A stretch of DNA of 64,000 nt. Origin: Phoronis australis. Taxonomy: Eukaryota > Animalia > Phoronida. Below the pieces are notes generated by a model. The model was not told the DNA's origin and made no database searches. It was given only the letters and a program-made list of their open reading frames with translations. The stretch spans positions 519,850 to 583,849 of the forward strand of contig NMRA01000110.1 in assembly GCA_002633005.1 (NCBI GenBank), written 5' to 3'. This document shows, piece after piece, positions 14,001 through 26,000 of this stretch (position 1 is its first letter; every line of letters starts with the position of its first letter). The translations under genes and the position numbers were made by a program.

Positions 14001-17000
14001 GCTTTTGACTTGTTCTAAGAACTCTCCATCTCTTGTCTGCTGCTCATGAGTTGACCTTGACTACCAGCTATTGTCCAGAAGTGTTCCTAATATGCCCTTA
14101 ACTCTTCCTCTTTTTCTTGTCGTCTGCTTGCTGTCATTCTTATCTCCATAATGAAACAGTTACAGAAGAAAGTTACCAGGGAAGCGTAAACGGGTCTTGT
14201 AAGTACCTTGTGATGCAGACTTATTTCTTGGACATTTTCATTTTTTGTCTTTAATCACCTACTGATTTGTCTCTCTTGAAACTGCATCTCACAAATTATT
14301 TCCTTGGAAATACCTCTTGAATGCTTGGATAACATTTTATGGAGTATGGACGCTTTGTATACTGTGTCTTGTTCTTGTACTGTCCAGTAATTCGACCTTT
14401 TGTGTTAGTGGTAAGCAGTCTTTTAAATGGACTCTTGGCAGCAAAAGTCATTTGATGGACTGTTGGCCTTCCAAAACATTGACTGATTACAAGTAATTGG
14501 ACAGAGCAAAATTAATGAAGTTATTCAAGAGTGCTATAACTTGCATTTTAAGTAATTTGATCAGATTGCTTTGCTGATGTTGCTTAAATTCATCCAAGAA
14601 TGGTTGAGTGGTGAAGGGAGCTAGTGGTAGGTGTTGGAGTGGCTTAGTCATACAATCTCTGACCAGTAGTTATACTGGCCAGTATTGTATTGACCAGTAG
14701 TTGTACTGACCAGCAGGTGTACTGGTCATTGCACTGCTACAGCTGTAGACAAACAGGTTGATAATGATTTGCCATTGAAAATGTTTTCATCAAAACTTAC
14801 ATTAACTGTGGAAGGTTCATTGGTAATGTATGTTTCACTTTTCAGTTATATTTACTCTGGGGCACTAATCGTGGGATTAAAAACTCTGAATGAAAAGTGG
14901 TTTATTAGCATTTTGTAAATTTGATAAATAAATTTAAAAGTGCATTTTGTTGTTGTTCAGCTTCAAAAAGTTTCCCGGCCGATGACGAGTTGAAGAATGG
15001 TTCAATAGTTAACTCTGCAACATACTTTCAGGTTGAAGAATGATCGAGCTCGACAAGAGCAGCTAGCGAAAGAGAGGCTGGCGGCCATGAGAGAAAAGAG
15101 AGCCAAAAAGATGACTCAGAATTTGACTGTGGAAGACGGCGATCAGAATGCACTAATGGTACTAAAGATTGATTTAACTTTGGCCGAATTAATTTCTTTA
15201 TTCGATATATTTTGTCATGAAAGGCATCACTTTACCAATCTCACCAATTTAGGGCATAATAGGGCTTATTTCTTCATATTTTTCATAACAGTTACAAAGC
15301 ATCGCATATCAATGATTTACCTTGTTCGAGTTCTGTTCAAAGCTGTTGTGAGACAACATTTTGAAAAATTGTAGGCTTTCACAACAATATTAGCAAATTT
15401 GGAAATTGTTTTGTCTGACAATGTGAATAGTTTGGTATCTGGTATTGCTTATAGGTGACGTCTGTTTTTAGATGACGTCTGCTTCTAGATGGCGTCTGCT
15501 TTTAGATGATGTCTGCTTTTATGCATTACAATGTTGATACTGTTACTTCTTTTGATCAAAGTTTTCTGTCTTTTCAAAGTATAAAATTAGCTTCTGTTGA
15601 CAAAGCATCATCCATCCATGTTCTTTATGTGGCTTTTCGCTGAGGGACACTATGATTTAAAACATGATAGAAAAGATATGAATGTATAAATATCCCTTGA
15701 TTAGGCATCCCTTCAAATGCATGCATTCGGCTACTCACATTTTGTGGAAAGATTCCACTCAAGTATTGTTCTGATGTTTGCAATTCTGTTGTACAGTCAA
15801 AATTGTGACATTTTACATTTTTGTGCCGTACTTTCCTCTATCCTGTGTTGTGCCATGTAATGTACTTTATGTTGACTGACATTTTCGTGCTATATTTCAA
15901 GATAACAATTTTTACGTTTGTCCACTATGATTCATGTCTTGATTGTAGAATGCCTATGCACGACTTCTTGAAGAGAAACACTCGCACGAACGGCAGTTGT
16001 TACTTCAAATGTTAGATGACAAGTCACGTGATGACCTTCGACTGCAGTACGCTACATCGACGGAGGATGAGTGTCAGGAGAAATTGGAAGAACTGAATGT
16101 GGAGAGGAAGAAATTGGAACTGGGTGAGCAGTGAAGATATAGCTGTGTTCTAGTATATACTCTATAGTAGTCGTGGTGTGTTGTAGTACTACTCTATTGT
16201 AGTCTTGGTGTGTTCTAGTAATTCTCTGTAGTACTCTTGGTGTGTTCTAGTAATACTCTATTATAGTAGTCTTGGTGTGTTCTAGTAATACTCTATAGTA
16301 GTCTTGGTGTGTTCTAGTAATACTCTATAGTACTCCTGGTGTGTTCTAGTAATACTCTATTATAGTAGTCTTGGTGTGTTCTAGTAATACTCTATAGTAG
16401 TCTTGATTTGTTCTAGTAGTACTCTATAGTAGTCCTGGTGTGTTCTAGTAATACTCTGTAGTAGTCTTGATTTGTTCTAGTAGTACTCTATAGTAGTCCT
16501 GGTGTGTTCTAGTAATACTCTATAGTAGTCTTGCTGTGTTCTAGTAATACTCTATTGTAGTCTTGGTGTGTTCTAGTAATACATTATGGTAGTCTTTCTA
16601 TGTTCTAATTGTACTCTGTAGTAGTCTTGCACAATTTGAGATCAACTTTATAACGGCAAGTGGTCTGAATGAAACCTGTTTTTTGAAGAAAGCATGAGTT
16701 TAATGATTCTGGTTTTACTCCTCTATAGCACCAATATTTTGATGTTCCTCTAAGTCCACATGAGTTTGTGGTTATGTACAATTAGCTGTTGGTGAAGTTT
16801 TTATTTTATAAATTCCTCCTATCGTGTTTTTGATATTAATTGCATAAAACTTGACAATGACTGTTTTTGTGTTCATTTGAATAGAAGATTGACAGCAAAT
16901 TGATGAAACAAAAAATCTCTCTTCAGGTTCCGAGCACCTCTACGGCACACTGCGTGACGCAGCCATTGTCAAGATGGAGGCTCGACGGAACAAGCTGAGC

Positions 17001-20000
17001 CGAGATCGGCAGACTTCTGCAGTCACAGATGATGATGTGACGGTGACCCTAATGGCCGACCTTCAAGAACAACAGGATAAGGAGTCGGCGCTTGCAGTTC
17101 GGGAAATGGTCGAAAAGGTACGATTGTATGCTGATATCTTGTTTATTTAGATTAGTTTAAACACATCACTGTATTGTTTAGTTTACCCATAATGCAATTT
17201 CGCCATGATAGACCGTCTTGAATAGCCAGCTCATATACTTAGGACAGTCCAAATTTCCTTCACAGCCATACAAGATCAGAGTTTCCTTGTGTGTCGATAC
17301 ATTTTGTTTTCTTTTTCACTCTTTTGATGGTGTAGTCAAAACAGTGATAGTACTGTGTTCAGTTTATAGTCCTGATATTGTACTACTGCCATTTGGTGTT
17401 ATGCGCACTGAAAACTTAGTTTGTTCCAACTGTATGATATCTATGTTCAAACACAATTTCAAAGTCAGAATAGACTCTTTTCACACACAATGTCATTGCA
17501 TTGGAAGTTCATGATTTCTAGGTCATTAGTGCTATTTTGTTTTATTGCTTTGATTCATGTTTTTTGTTTTTTTATCATTTATCTTTAATAATCATAGTGT
17601 TTATTTGTATCGCCAAAGTGGGTATGCACCAACTTGTTTTCTTGAAGTTGTAGAGTCTTTGTCAATATTAGTGTGAATAACTTAATTGAAGTGTGTCATA
17701 CAGTAGAAAGGAGTGTGGAATGCCATCATTTGGGCAACACAAGAAATGTTAGAAGTGACGTAACATTATGCTTTAACTGTAGTCAAAGGAAGAATTGAAG
17801 GAACTTCAGCAGCAGATGATACAAGACATTCAGACTCAGAAGGTAGAGAATGTCGTCTGCATCCTGTTTGGTACAGACGAGGTGAAGAAACTGTCCAATG
17901 ACGACCTTGTGGAGGCTTTAGAGGGCAAATATGATGCACTGCGAGATAAACTGCTGGTAGAGGCTCTCATGAAGGAGGTGAGTTAAGTGCTGGAAATCAC
18001 AGCGCTCCAGAAATACAAGTAAATTTTGATTAAAAGTGCAATAAATGCACGCCTTCTGTCAATTTTTTGTTTTTTGATTTAGACCATTTTGATTCCTTCT
18101 CAGATTATTAATTATTGAGAAAAACTGACAGTTTATCAGTACTTCGATCCAGGCCCATTAACTTGGTTGTCATGGCAACTTAGTTTTTGCAGCGGAAGCA
18201 ATATAGACATCAAAGGAATCCTGACTGTGTTTATTCCTAACCAAATTTTTAAAACATTCAAACTAATAAGAATGTTAAGATCACCACTGGCTGACTAACC
18301 ACCCCTGGCAGCCTGACCACCACTGGCTTGCTGACCACCACTGGCTGACTTAGAGTACTTTTTGACTGACCATTGAGTACTGTTATGTCTTGTAGTATGG
18401 GGAATTGGAGTGGAAACGTCTGTCTGAGCAGGAACGACAAAAGAAATTATTTGAACTCAAGTTGAAAGAGAGGCAGCTACGTCGAGATGGTCGCTTGGAG
18501 GAGGCTGAAGCACTTCTTGGTGAGTTACTGTCTGCTCAGACTCCTGTGTCCTCCTTGTGAGGTAGAGGGTCATTTAATGTTTTTAAAATGGTGGTGGCCT
18601 CTTCCAAGGTACAATTTGGCACCAGTCAGTTACAGGGTTCCAGGTTTCGAGAACCAGTTTGGTGCCCATTAATCAGTGAAGGAAACTGGTTCTCAAAATG
18701 TGGGTCCCCTGTAAGTGACTGGTATCGACAATTCAGTACCACACATTAATCCTCAATCTCATGCAATGCAGTTTGGTAACATCTAGTAAATCGAGTCTGA
18801 ACACCTGGCCTTTTAAACAGGATTACTCCAATCAGGATTACTCCAATCAGGATCACTCCAATCAGGATCACTCCAATCAGGATCACTCCAATATTATGCA
18901 TTACATTAAGCACAATGTTAAATGCTGTCATCTTACATCCTTCCCTCTGTCTAAGTGAAGCTGATTGGTGGTTGTATTGTGTTGCGAATGAATATGTTGA
19001 TGGATATTTGTAATAAAAGTAATTTGGCTTCATGCACAGGTGAACTGATGAAAGATAAAGAAACTTTGGACAGAATATTTGGAGAGTCAAAAGAAGAACA
19101 AGAACGTAAACTGAAAGAGAGGCTTGAAAAGAGAAAGAAACGGCGAGAGCAAGGTTAAAAACATTTTTTGTTTACTTCAAAATAAGTTTCATTTAAAGCT
19201 TAATTACAGCTGTGTTACATGTGTTTACTGACTAGTCAGTCTTTCCTGTAGGAACGTAAAATCCTAATCTCCTGCTGCCCATGTGATGTCGCTATTTCCT
19301 GTGTCACGATCTTTTTAATCACTGAAAACTGGAAAGTACAAAGAGTGGGTTTCTCACTGAATAGTTGGCGGTGACTTTACAAGCTTTCTATGTGCTAGTT
19401 GAATTTAGCAGTGACCGTGGAAAGTTTCTACGTGTCACTTGTCGTCGCCTTAAAGTAATACGCATTGGTCGTAGAGGTTTCTATTGTGTAACTTGTAATC
19501 TTCTTCAGGAATGACGGAGGAGGAGTGTAGTGAGTTGGAGAAGAAGGAAATAGAAGAAGAGGAGGAGGAGGAGAACAGGAAGAGACGCAATGTTCTGCTA
19601 GACCTCCAGCATAGATACGATGACGTGAGTTGTGGTGGGAAAGTAATGATAATGATAATGAGAGCAATTCATATTGTCATTGTCAATAATAACAGCAAGA
19701 ATAATCTTGACGTCCTCTTTGACTTATGGATGTATTCGTGTCAAATTCTATGTTCCCTGCTGTAAGTAGTAGGAATAACAGACATTTTATGAATTATTGT
19801 AAAACGAGCAAAATATTATCGGTTACGTATGGCCTTATTGACTGTGTAGTTAGCAAAATGTTTAATATAAAATAATTGCAGGTGGTCTGATACACGTTGT
19901 AGCAGACGTGCGCAGGCCTCGCATGTGGGCCCATTGCACTGATCACCTGGAAATATTTTTATGCTTTATTAATATATGGTTAAAACCGAGCTGAGGAGCT

Positions 20001-23000
20001 AGAAACCTGGCTCAAGGGTTTAGCAGTGTCACCTGGTGGGACTCGAACCCACGACCTCGAGTAAAGAAAGCGGGCACTTATCAACCAGGCCACACTGCCT
20101 CCTCTAGCAAAATATTTACAAAGCTGTAGATTTTTGGTCTGTAAAAGTACATATTTTGTGAAAGTAGAAAAGTTTGATTTTGACTTTTTATCACTGCTGT
20201 TGATTTTGTCACATGACCATGTGTTTTTATTAAAATTTAGCCAAAATGAAAGGTGCAATAATTGATTAAAAATGACAGCATCAATACCATGACCAAATTT
20301 TATTTGATGTAAAAAGTCAACATCATCTTTCAAAAGGCTGTTGCAGTTTTTAAATTATTTTGTTTTCATATTACGCAACTTTCGAGTTTTTTCAATGAAA
20401 TCATGAAAGTCCTATTTTTCCATACTCCTCATGCAAAAATGACTAACAATGTTTTCTAGAACAGTGCATTAAACAGTAATGTCTGTTGAATCCTCTCAGT
20501 CATTTACGTCTGAAATATGGTTTCCCGAAAATAACCGAATTTGGACTTTTGTCTAGGTTACCGTATCATATATATTGTCTTCCTGAATATTTTGTAGGAA
20601 AAAGATGAACTATTGCGCCGTCTTCAGGGGTTGAACGACCGTCACTTGACTGAAAAGGAGCGCCAGTTGGAACTGGCTCGGTTGAAACGGGAGCAGAGAC
20701 GAGCGAGACAGGAAGAGAAGTTTGACGCTGCTGCACTGGTCATCGCCATCTCCAAAAAGAATGACCAGAAGTAGGGAGATAACTCCACGATTTTTTCAAG
20801 CCAATTTTTAACAGTTAATGTGTGGATTAATTAAATTCACACTTGTGTAGATGAAACATTTATTGTCACCAGAATTAGGATAATGCTTCAGTGGTGGATC
20901 TAGACTATTGTAAGGGGGGCACAACCACAACTTCTGTAACACAAACATTAGGCTTACCTCTAAAACTGGCATGCCCCTAGGGGGAGCTCAAGTCACCCGG
21001 GACCTCTCCAGTCTGCTCAACTGAATTTACCTTAAAATTAAACCTGATGCATTATCTCTTGGAGATGAAATAGTGATGAAAATGTAAAAACAGTATAATT
21101 TATAGTCTAGGAATAGATAACATTATAAACGGTAATGGTAGTCTGAAACAAAATATGATTGAGTAGTGAAGTGGTATTTAATATACCAAGTTTGTATATT
21201 TCATCTTTAGTCCAGTGACCTCTCAGAGCTCAACATGTCCGAAAACGTTTGTCACTTGTATTCCCTGATTTGGGCTCGGAAATGTGTCGAGCAAAAAAAC
21301 ACCTAAGGTCTGTTCGGTGCCCGCACGTGTTGTACAGGTGGTGTCAATTTTCTGCTTGTATTTTAATTGTTATTCCTTTTGTATTTTCGAGCGGTTACTT
21401 GCCTATGTTGAGCCCTGCTTAATTAGTCTAGGTTGCTGTGGAACAGTTTTGTTCGTAGGTTTGTTAAACAATGTGAAGTAGCATTGAAGATGAACTTTAT
21501 TGTCACTTGTTCATGTAGACTTGAAGATGAACTTTATTGTCACTTGTTCATGTAGACTTGAAGATGAACTTTATTGTCACTTGTTCATGTAGACTTGAAG
21601 ATGAACTTTATCGTCAATTGTTCATCTAGACTTAAAGATGAACTTTATCGTCACTTGTTCATGTAGACTTAAAGATGAACTTTATCATCACTTGTTCATG
21701 TAGACTTGAAGATGAAAGACTGCGACAAGAACGATTGGCACGTGAGCGACTAGAGGCACGACGTAAGAAACGCGCTGAGGGCAAAGGTCAGGAAGAAGAG
21801 GCTCCTCTGGAGGACGTGCCTCTCCCTGAGGACGAGGAAGACATTGTCGCCATGCAGGACGCTGTGATTAAGGAAATGGAACATAAACACCTGGAGGAGA
21901 GGGACGTTCTCACAAAGGTGAGAGAAACGGGAATTGGTGAAAATGTTATTTGTCACAAGGGTGAGGGGTCGGGAACTGGTGGAAATGTTATTTTTGTCTA
22001 AGGTGAGGGGGAGAGGAATTGATAGAAATGCTATTAGTCATTAAAGTGAGGGAAACAGGAATTTGTGCAATGTGTTATCACTTGGGTGAGGGGAACGGGT
22101 TTTACCAAATGTGATAACATTTGCCAGTGAGGAATTTGTTCACCAAGTCGCCATTCTTTTGCTCTTCAGCTGTTGGAGGAGGGATCAAGTGGCGATGGGC
22201 GTGAGTTGGCCAGATCACTGGGCAGTGAAGAGAGGTTGGTCAAACTGGAGGAGCTGAAGGAGTTGAGGGGTCAGATGAGGGACGAAGGGGTCATGGACCC
22301 TACTGAACAGATGGACGTCTTCAAGGTAAGACAGTGCAAATGACGTAAGATTTCACTGACAACAAAAATATTATATTGCATGATTTGTACTATCTTGTAT
22401 AATATTAGTAATTAAAACTCCTGAGCTACCTGGCGACTCCATGCTCTGCCATTATGAAACTGTGTGTTCTTGTCCACAGGAAGCTGTTAGTGTTTGCATT
22501 GAGGTCACATCACAGCAGTTGCTTGATGATGGCAAGCCTCACTCTGATGATGATGTACAGGTGGCGCTACTAGCTGACCTACAGCAGCATCAGGACAAGG
22601 AATCCAATTATCTGTTGGCAGACATTGCTGCTAAGGTGAGTTCAGTTTGCAGTTATATAACTATGTTGCTGTGATGAATGAACGGAACTTGGGAGTGGTT
22701 TAAAATTCTAAAGCAAATGATTTAGGATGTTATTATTGCTGAAATTGTTAAATTTCTTAGCTCATGTTTTTTTCTTCAGTGATGAATATTTATGTGTACA
22801 AAATTTCAAGTTCAAGAATATTTCAAACTTTCCTCTAAAAATCTGACTGATTTTAATGACATGTCACAAGATTAATTGTAATGTGTTGTTACTAAGTTTT
22901 TAGGTGCCTGAATGTCAGCTTCTGGTCTCAGAAAATGAGAAAACGTCACATTTATGATATTGTTAAACCATGTGAAACATTCGTTTACTTTTTTAAACGT

Positions 23001-26000
23001 GGTGACCAATACACTGCATTTGATGCACTAATTGTCTTAATGTGTTATTTTTGTATCCTCAAAGATTGAAGAGGTATGTAATGCACTTAATCGTCCTATT
23101 CTTTGCTTGTTTACGTGGCTTGTCTCTCTAACAGCCATTATTGTTTCAGTCGTGTTTTGTGAAAGTTTTGGTTGGCATGTTGCAGTCGACTTAGTTGTTC
23201 TATTGCATAAGTTACTCTTACGCAGCGATGGTACATTTCATTTTAATAATTTATATAAAAAATCAAAATTGCTTGTATAAATTTAAAACACATTAAAGGC
23301 TTTTAACAAGAATGATTTGTTCATTTTTGTACGCTTTTGTCAGTGCTCTTGATAATATCGTTCACTAATCTTGCACAGCATAAAATCATTATTTACTAAA
23401 AATCAGCTTCTAATGAAAGTGAGATGTTTTGACCCATTGTGAGTGTTCTCAACACTCGCAATGTAAAAACTAATTTCAGGCGGTCTGATACACGTTGTAC
23501 TAGATGGGCCCATTGCACTAATTACCTGGAACCATTTTAAAATTGCCCTTTATTAATATTTAGTTAAAACCGAGCTGAGGAGCCAGAGACCTGACTCAAG
23601 GGTCAAGCAGTGTGGCCCAGTGAGAATCCAACCCTTGACCTCGAGTAAAGAAGTTGGGAACATATCACGCTAGACCACACTGCCTCACATTCACAATAAG
23701 TCCACGCCTTCTTTTAGAAATCAAGTTTTGATTTAGACAGTTTACCATTATAAAACAGGTCGCATCTTGTTCCTCATTTGGACTAGAATTAATGTTTTCT
23801 AGGCGCAAGAAAAACTGATAGTTTATTACTATTTCAGATGAGGATTCCCAGGAAATTCATTGTTTATCACTGGTTATTCAACTCAGTAAAGCAAAAGGTT
23901 CCAAAATGTTACAGTTTCTAATTAACCTCGTTTCAGTCGCCACAGACCCTGAAACAGCTCATAATGGTTCAGTCGATGGCTCGTCACCAGAAGTGGTACG
24001 ATAATGTAGCTGCCACCCTGTTGGGAAGTCAACTGATGGCAGCACAAGGGGAGGATTTGAAGGATGACGAGGCTGAAGTAGTGAAGGCGCTGGAGCAAAA
24101 GTACGACACACTGAGAGATAAACTACTGGCTGATGTAAGTATGAGTTTGAGTGTGGATTGATGTATGTGTTCGGGCTGACTCTACTTCAGCAAATCTACT
24201 TCCTAAGATAATGCCAAATTGACTAGCAGTTGGATGTGCTGATTAAAGTTCTTCCGTTATGACATCAACTCTGTTTGTTCCCCTTAGGCTCTACTGAAAC
24301 AGTTGGGCGAGGCAGAGTGGAACAAACTGTCTGAGAAGGAGCGACAAGCCAAGCTGATCAAACTAAAAGTTCAGGAGAAGAAACTTAGACTAGAGGGAAA
24401 ATATGATGAGGCGGCCAAGTTATTGGGAGACCTCATTGACAATGAAGCAGGTGAGAACCAGCTCATTGTTTGAGTTTTGTTTCTTGGTCTTTTAAAAGAA
24501 TAATCCACAGTTGTTCTGGTACGCGTCGTACTAGACGTGCACAGGTCACTCATGTGGGACCATTACTGTGATCACCTTGAACCATTTTTACGGTTTATTA
24601 TGATTTTATAGATAAAATCAAGCTGACGAGCTATATACCTGACTCAAGGGCCGAGCAGTGAGCCCCAGTGGGACTCAAACCCATGGCCTTGAGTAAAGAA
24701 AGTGGACATGTATCCCACTAGGCCACACTGCTCTCCTTTCCCAGTGCATGGCAAATTAGAAACCTCATTTTATATTACACTTGCGACATTTAAGCATTCA
24801 CAATGTGATTATACAACATGCCTGACAAGTGCCTGTAATGTCCTCTATTAACCAATTTCAACACTGTTCCCTGCTTCCTTCTTGTCACACTAGTCTTCCT
24901 GTTATTGGTAGAAATGAAAAGGAGGCTGGGTGAGAGTCAGAGTGAACAGAAGCGTCAGATTGAAGAGCGTCTTGCACGTNCCAATACACTGCATTTGATG
25001 CACTAATTGTCTTTATGTGTTATTTTTGTATCCTCAAAGATTGAAGAGGTATGTAATGCACTTAATCGTCCTATTCTTTGCTTGTTTACATGGCTTGTCT
25101 CTCTAACAGCCATTATTGTTTCAGTTGTGTTTTGTGAAAGTTTTGGTTGGCATGTTGCAGTCGACTTAGTTGTTCTATTGCATAAGTTACTCTTATGCAG
25201 CGACGGTACATTTCATTTTTATTAATAATTTATACAAAAAAAAATCAAAATTGCTTGTATAAATTTAAAACACATTAAAGGCTTTTAACAAGAATGATTT
25301 ATTCATTTTTGTACGCTTTTGTCAGTGCTCTTGATAATGTCGTTCACTAATCTTGCACAGCACAAAAACATTATTTACTAAAAATCAGCTTCTAATGAAA
25401 GTGAGATGTTTTGACCCATTGTGAGTGTTCTCAACACTCGCTATGTAAAAAATGATTTCAGGCGGTCTGATACACGTTGTACTAGATGGGCCCATTGCAC
25501 TGATTACCTGGAACCATTTTAAAATTGCCCTTTATTAATATAAAGTTAAAACCTAGCCGAGGAGCCAGAGACCTGACTCAAGGGTCAAGCAGTGCGGCCC
25601 AGTGGGACTCAAGGGTCAAGCAGTGCGGCCCAGTGGGACTCGAGGGGTCAAGCAGTGCGGCCCAGTGGGACTCCAGGGGTCAAGCAGTGTGGCTCAGTGG
25701 GACTCAAGGGGTCAAGCAGTGTGGCCCAGTGGGACTCAAGGGGTCAAGCAGTGTGGCCCAGTGAGAATCCAACCCATGACCTCGAGTATAGAAAGTGGGC
25801 ACGTATCACGCTAGACCACAATGCCTCACATTCACAATAAGTCCACGCCTTCTTTTAGAAATCAAGTTTTGTTTTAGACAGTTTACCATGATTATAAAAC
25901 AGGTCGCATCTTGTTCCTCATTTGGACTAGAAATGTTTTCTAGGCACAAGAAAAACTGATAGTTTATTACTGTTTCAGACGAGGATTTCCAGGAAATTCA

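Noticed and set aside
20025-20100. Functional tRNA gene on the minus strand
   Set aside because: A/B boxes are present, but the head is fused to a shared ~150-bp body found in several diverged copies, and I could not fold a convincing cloverleaf; SINE is more likely.
23937-24979. Genuine exon duplication or mutually exclusive exons
   Set aside because: The copy breaks exactly at an N, introns are near-identical and the third exon is cut mid-sequence; better explained as an uncollapsed allele.
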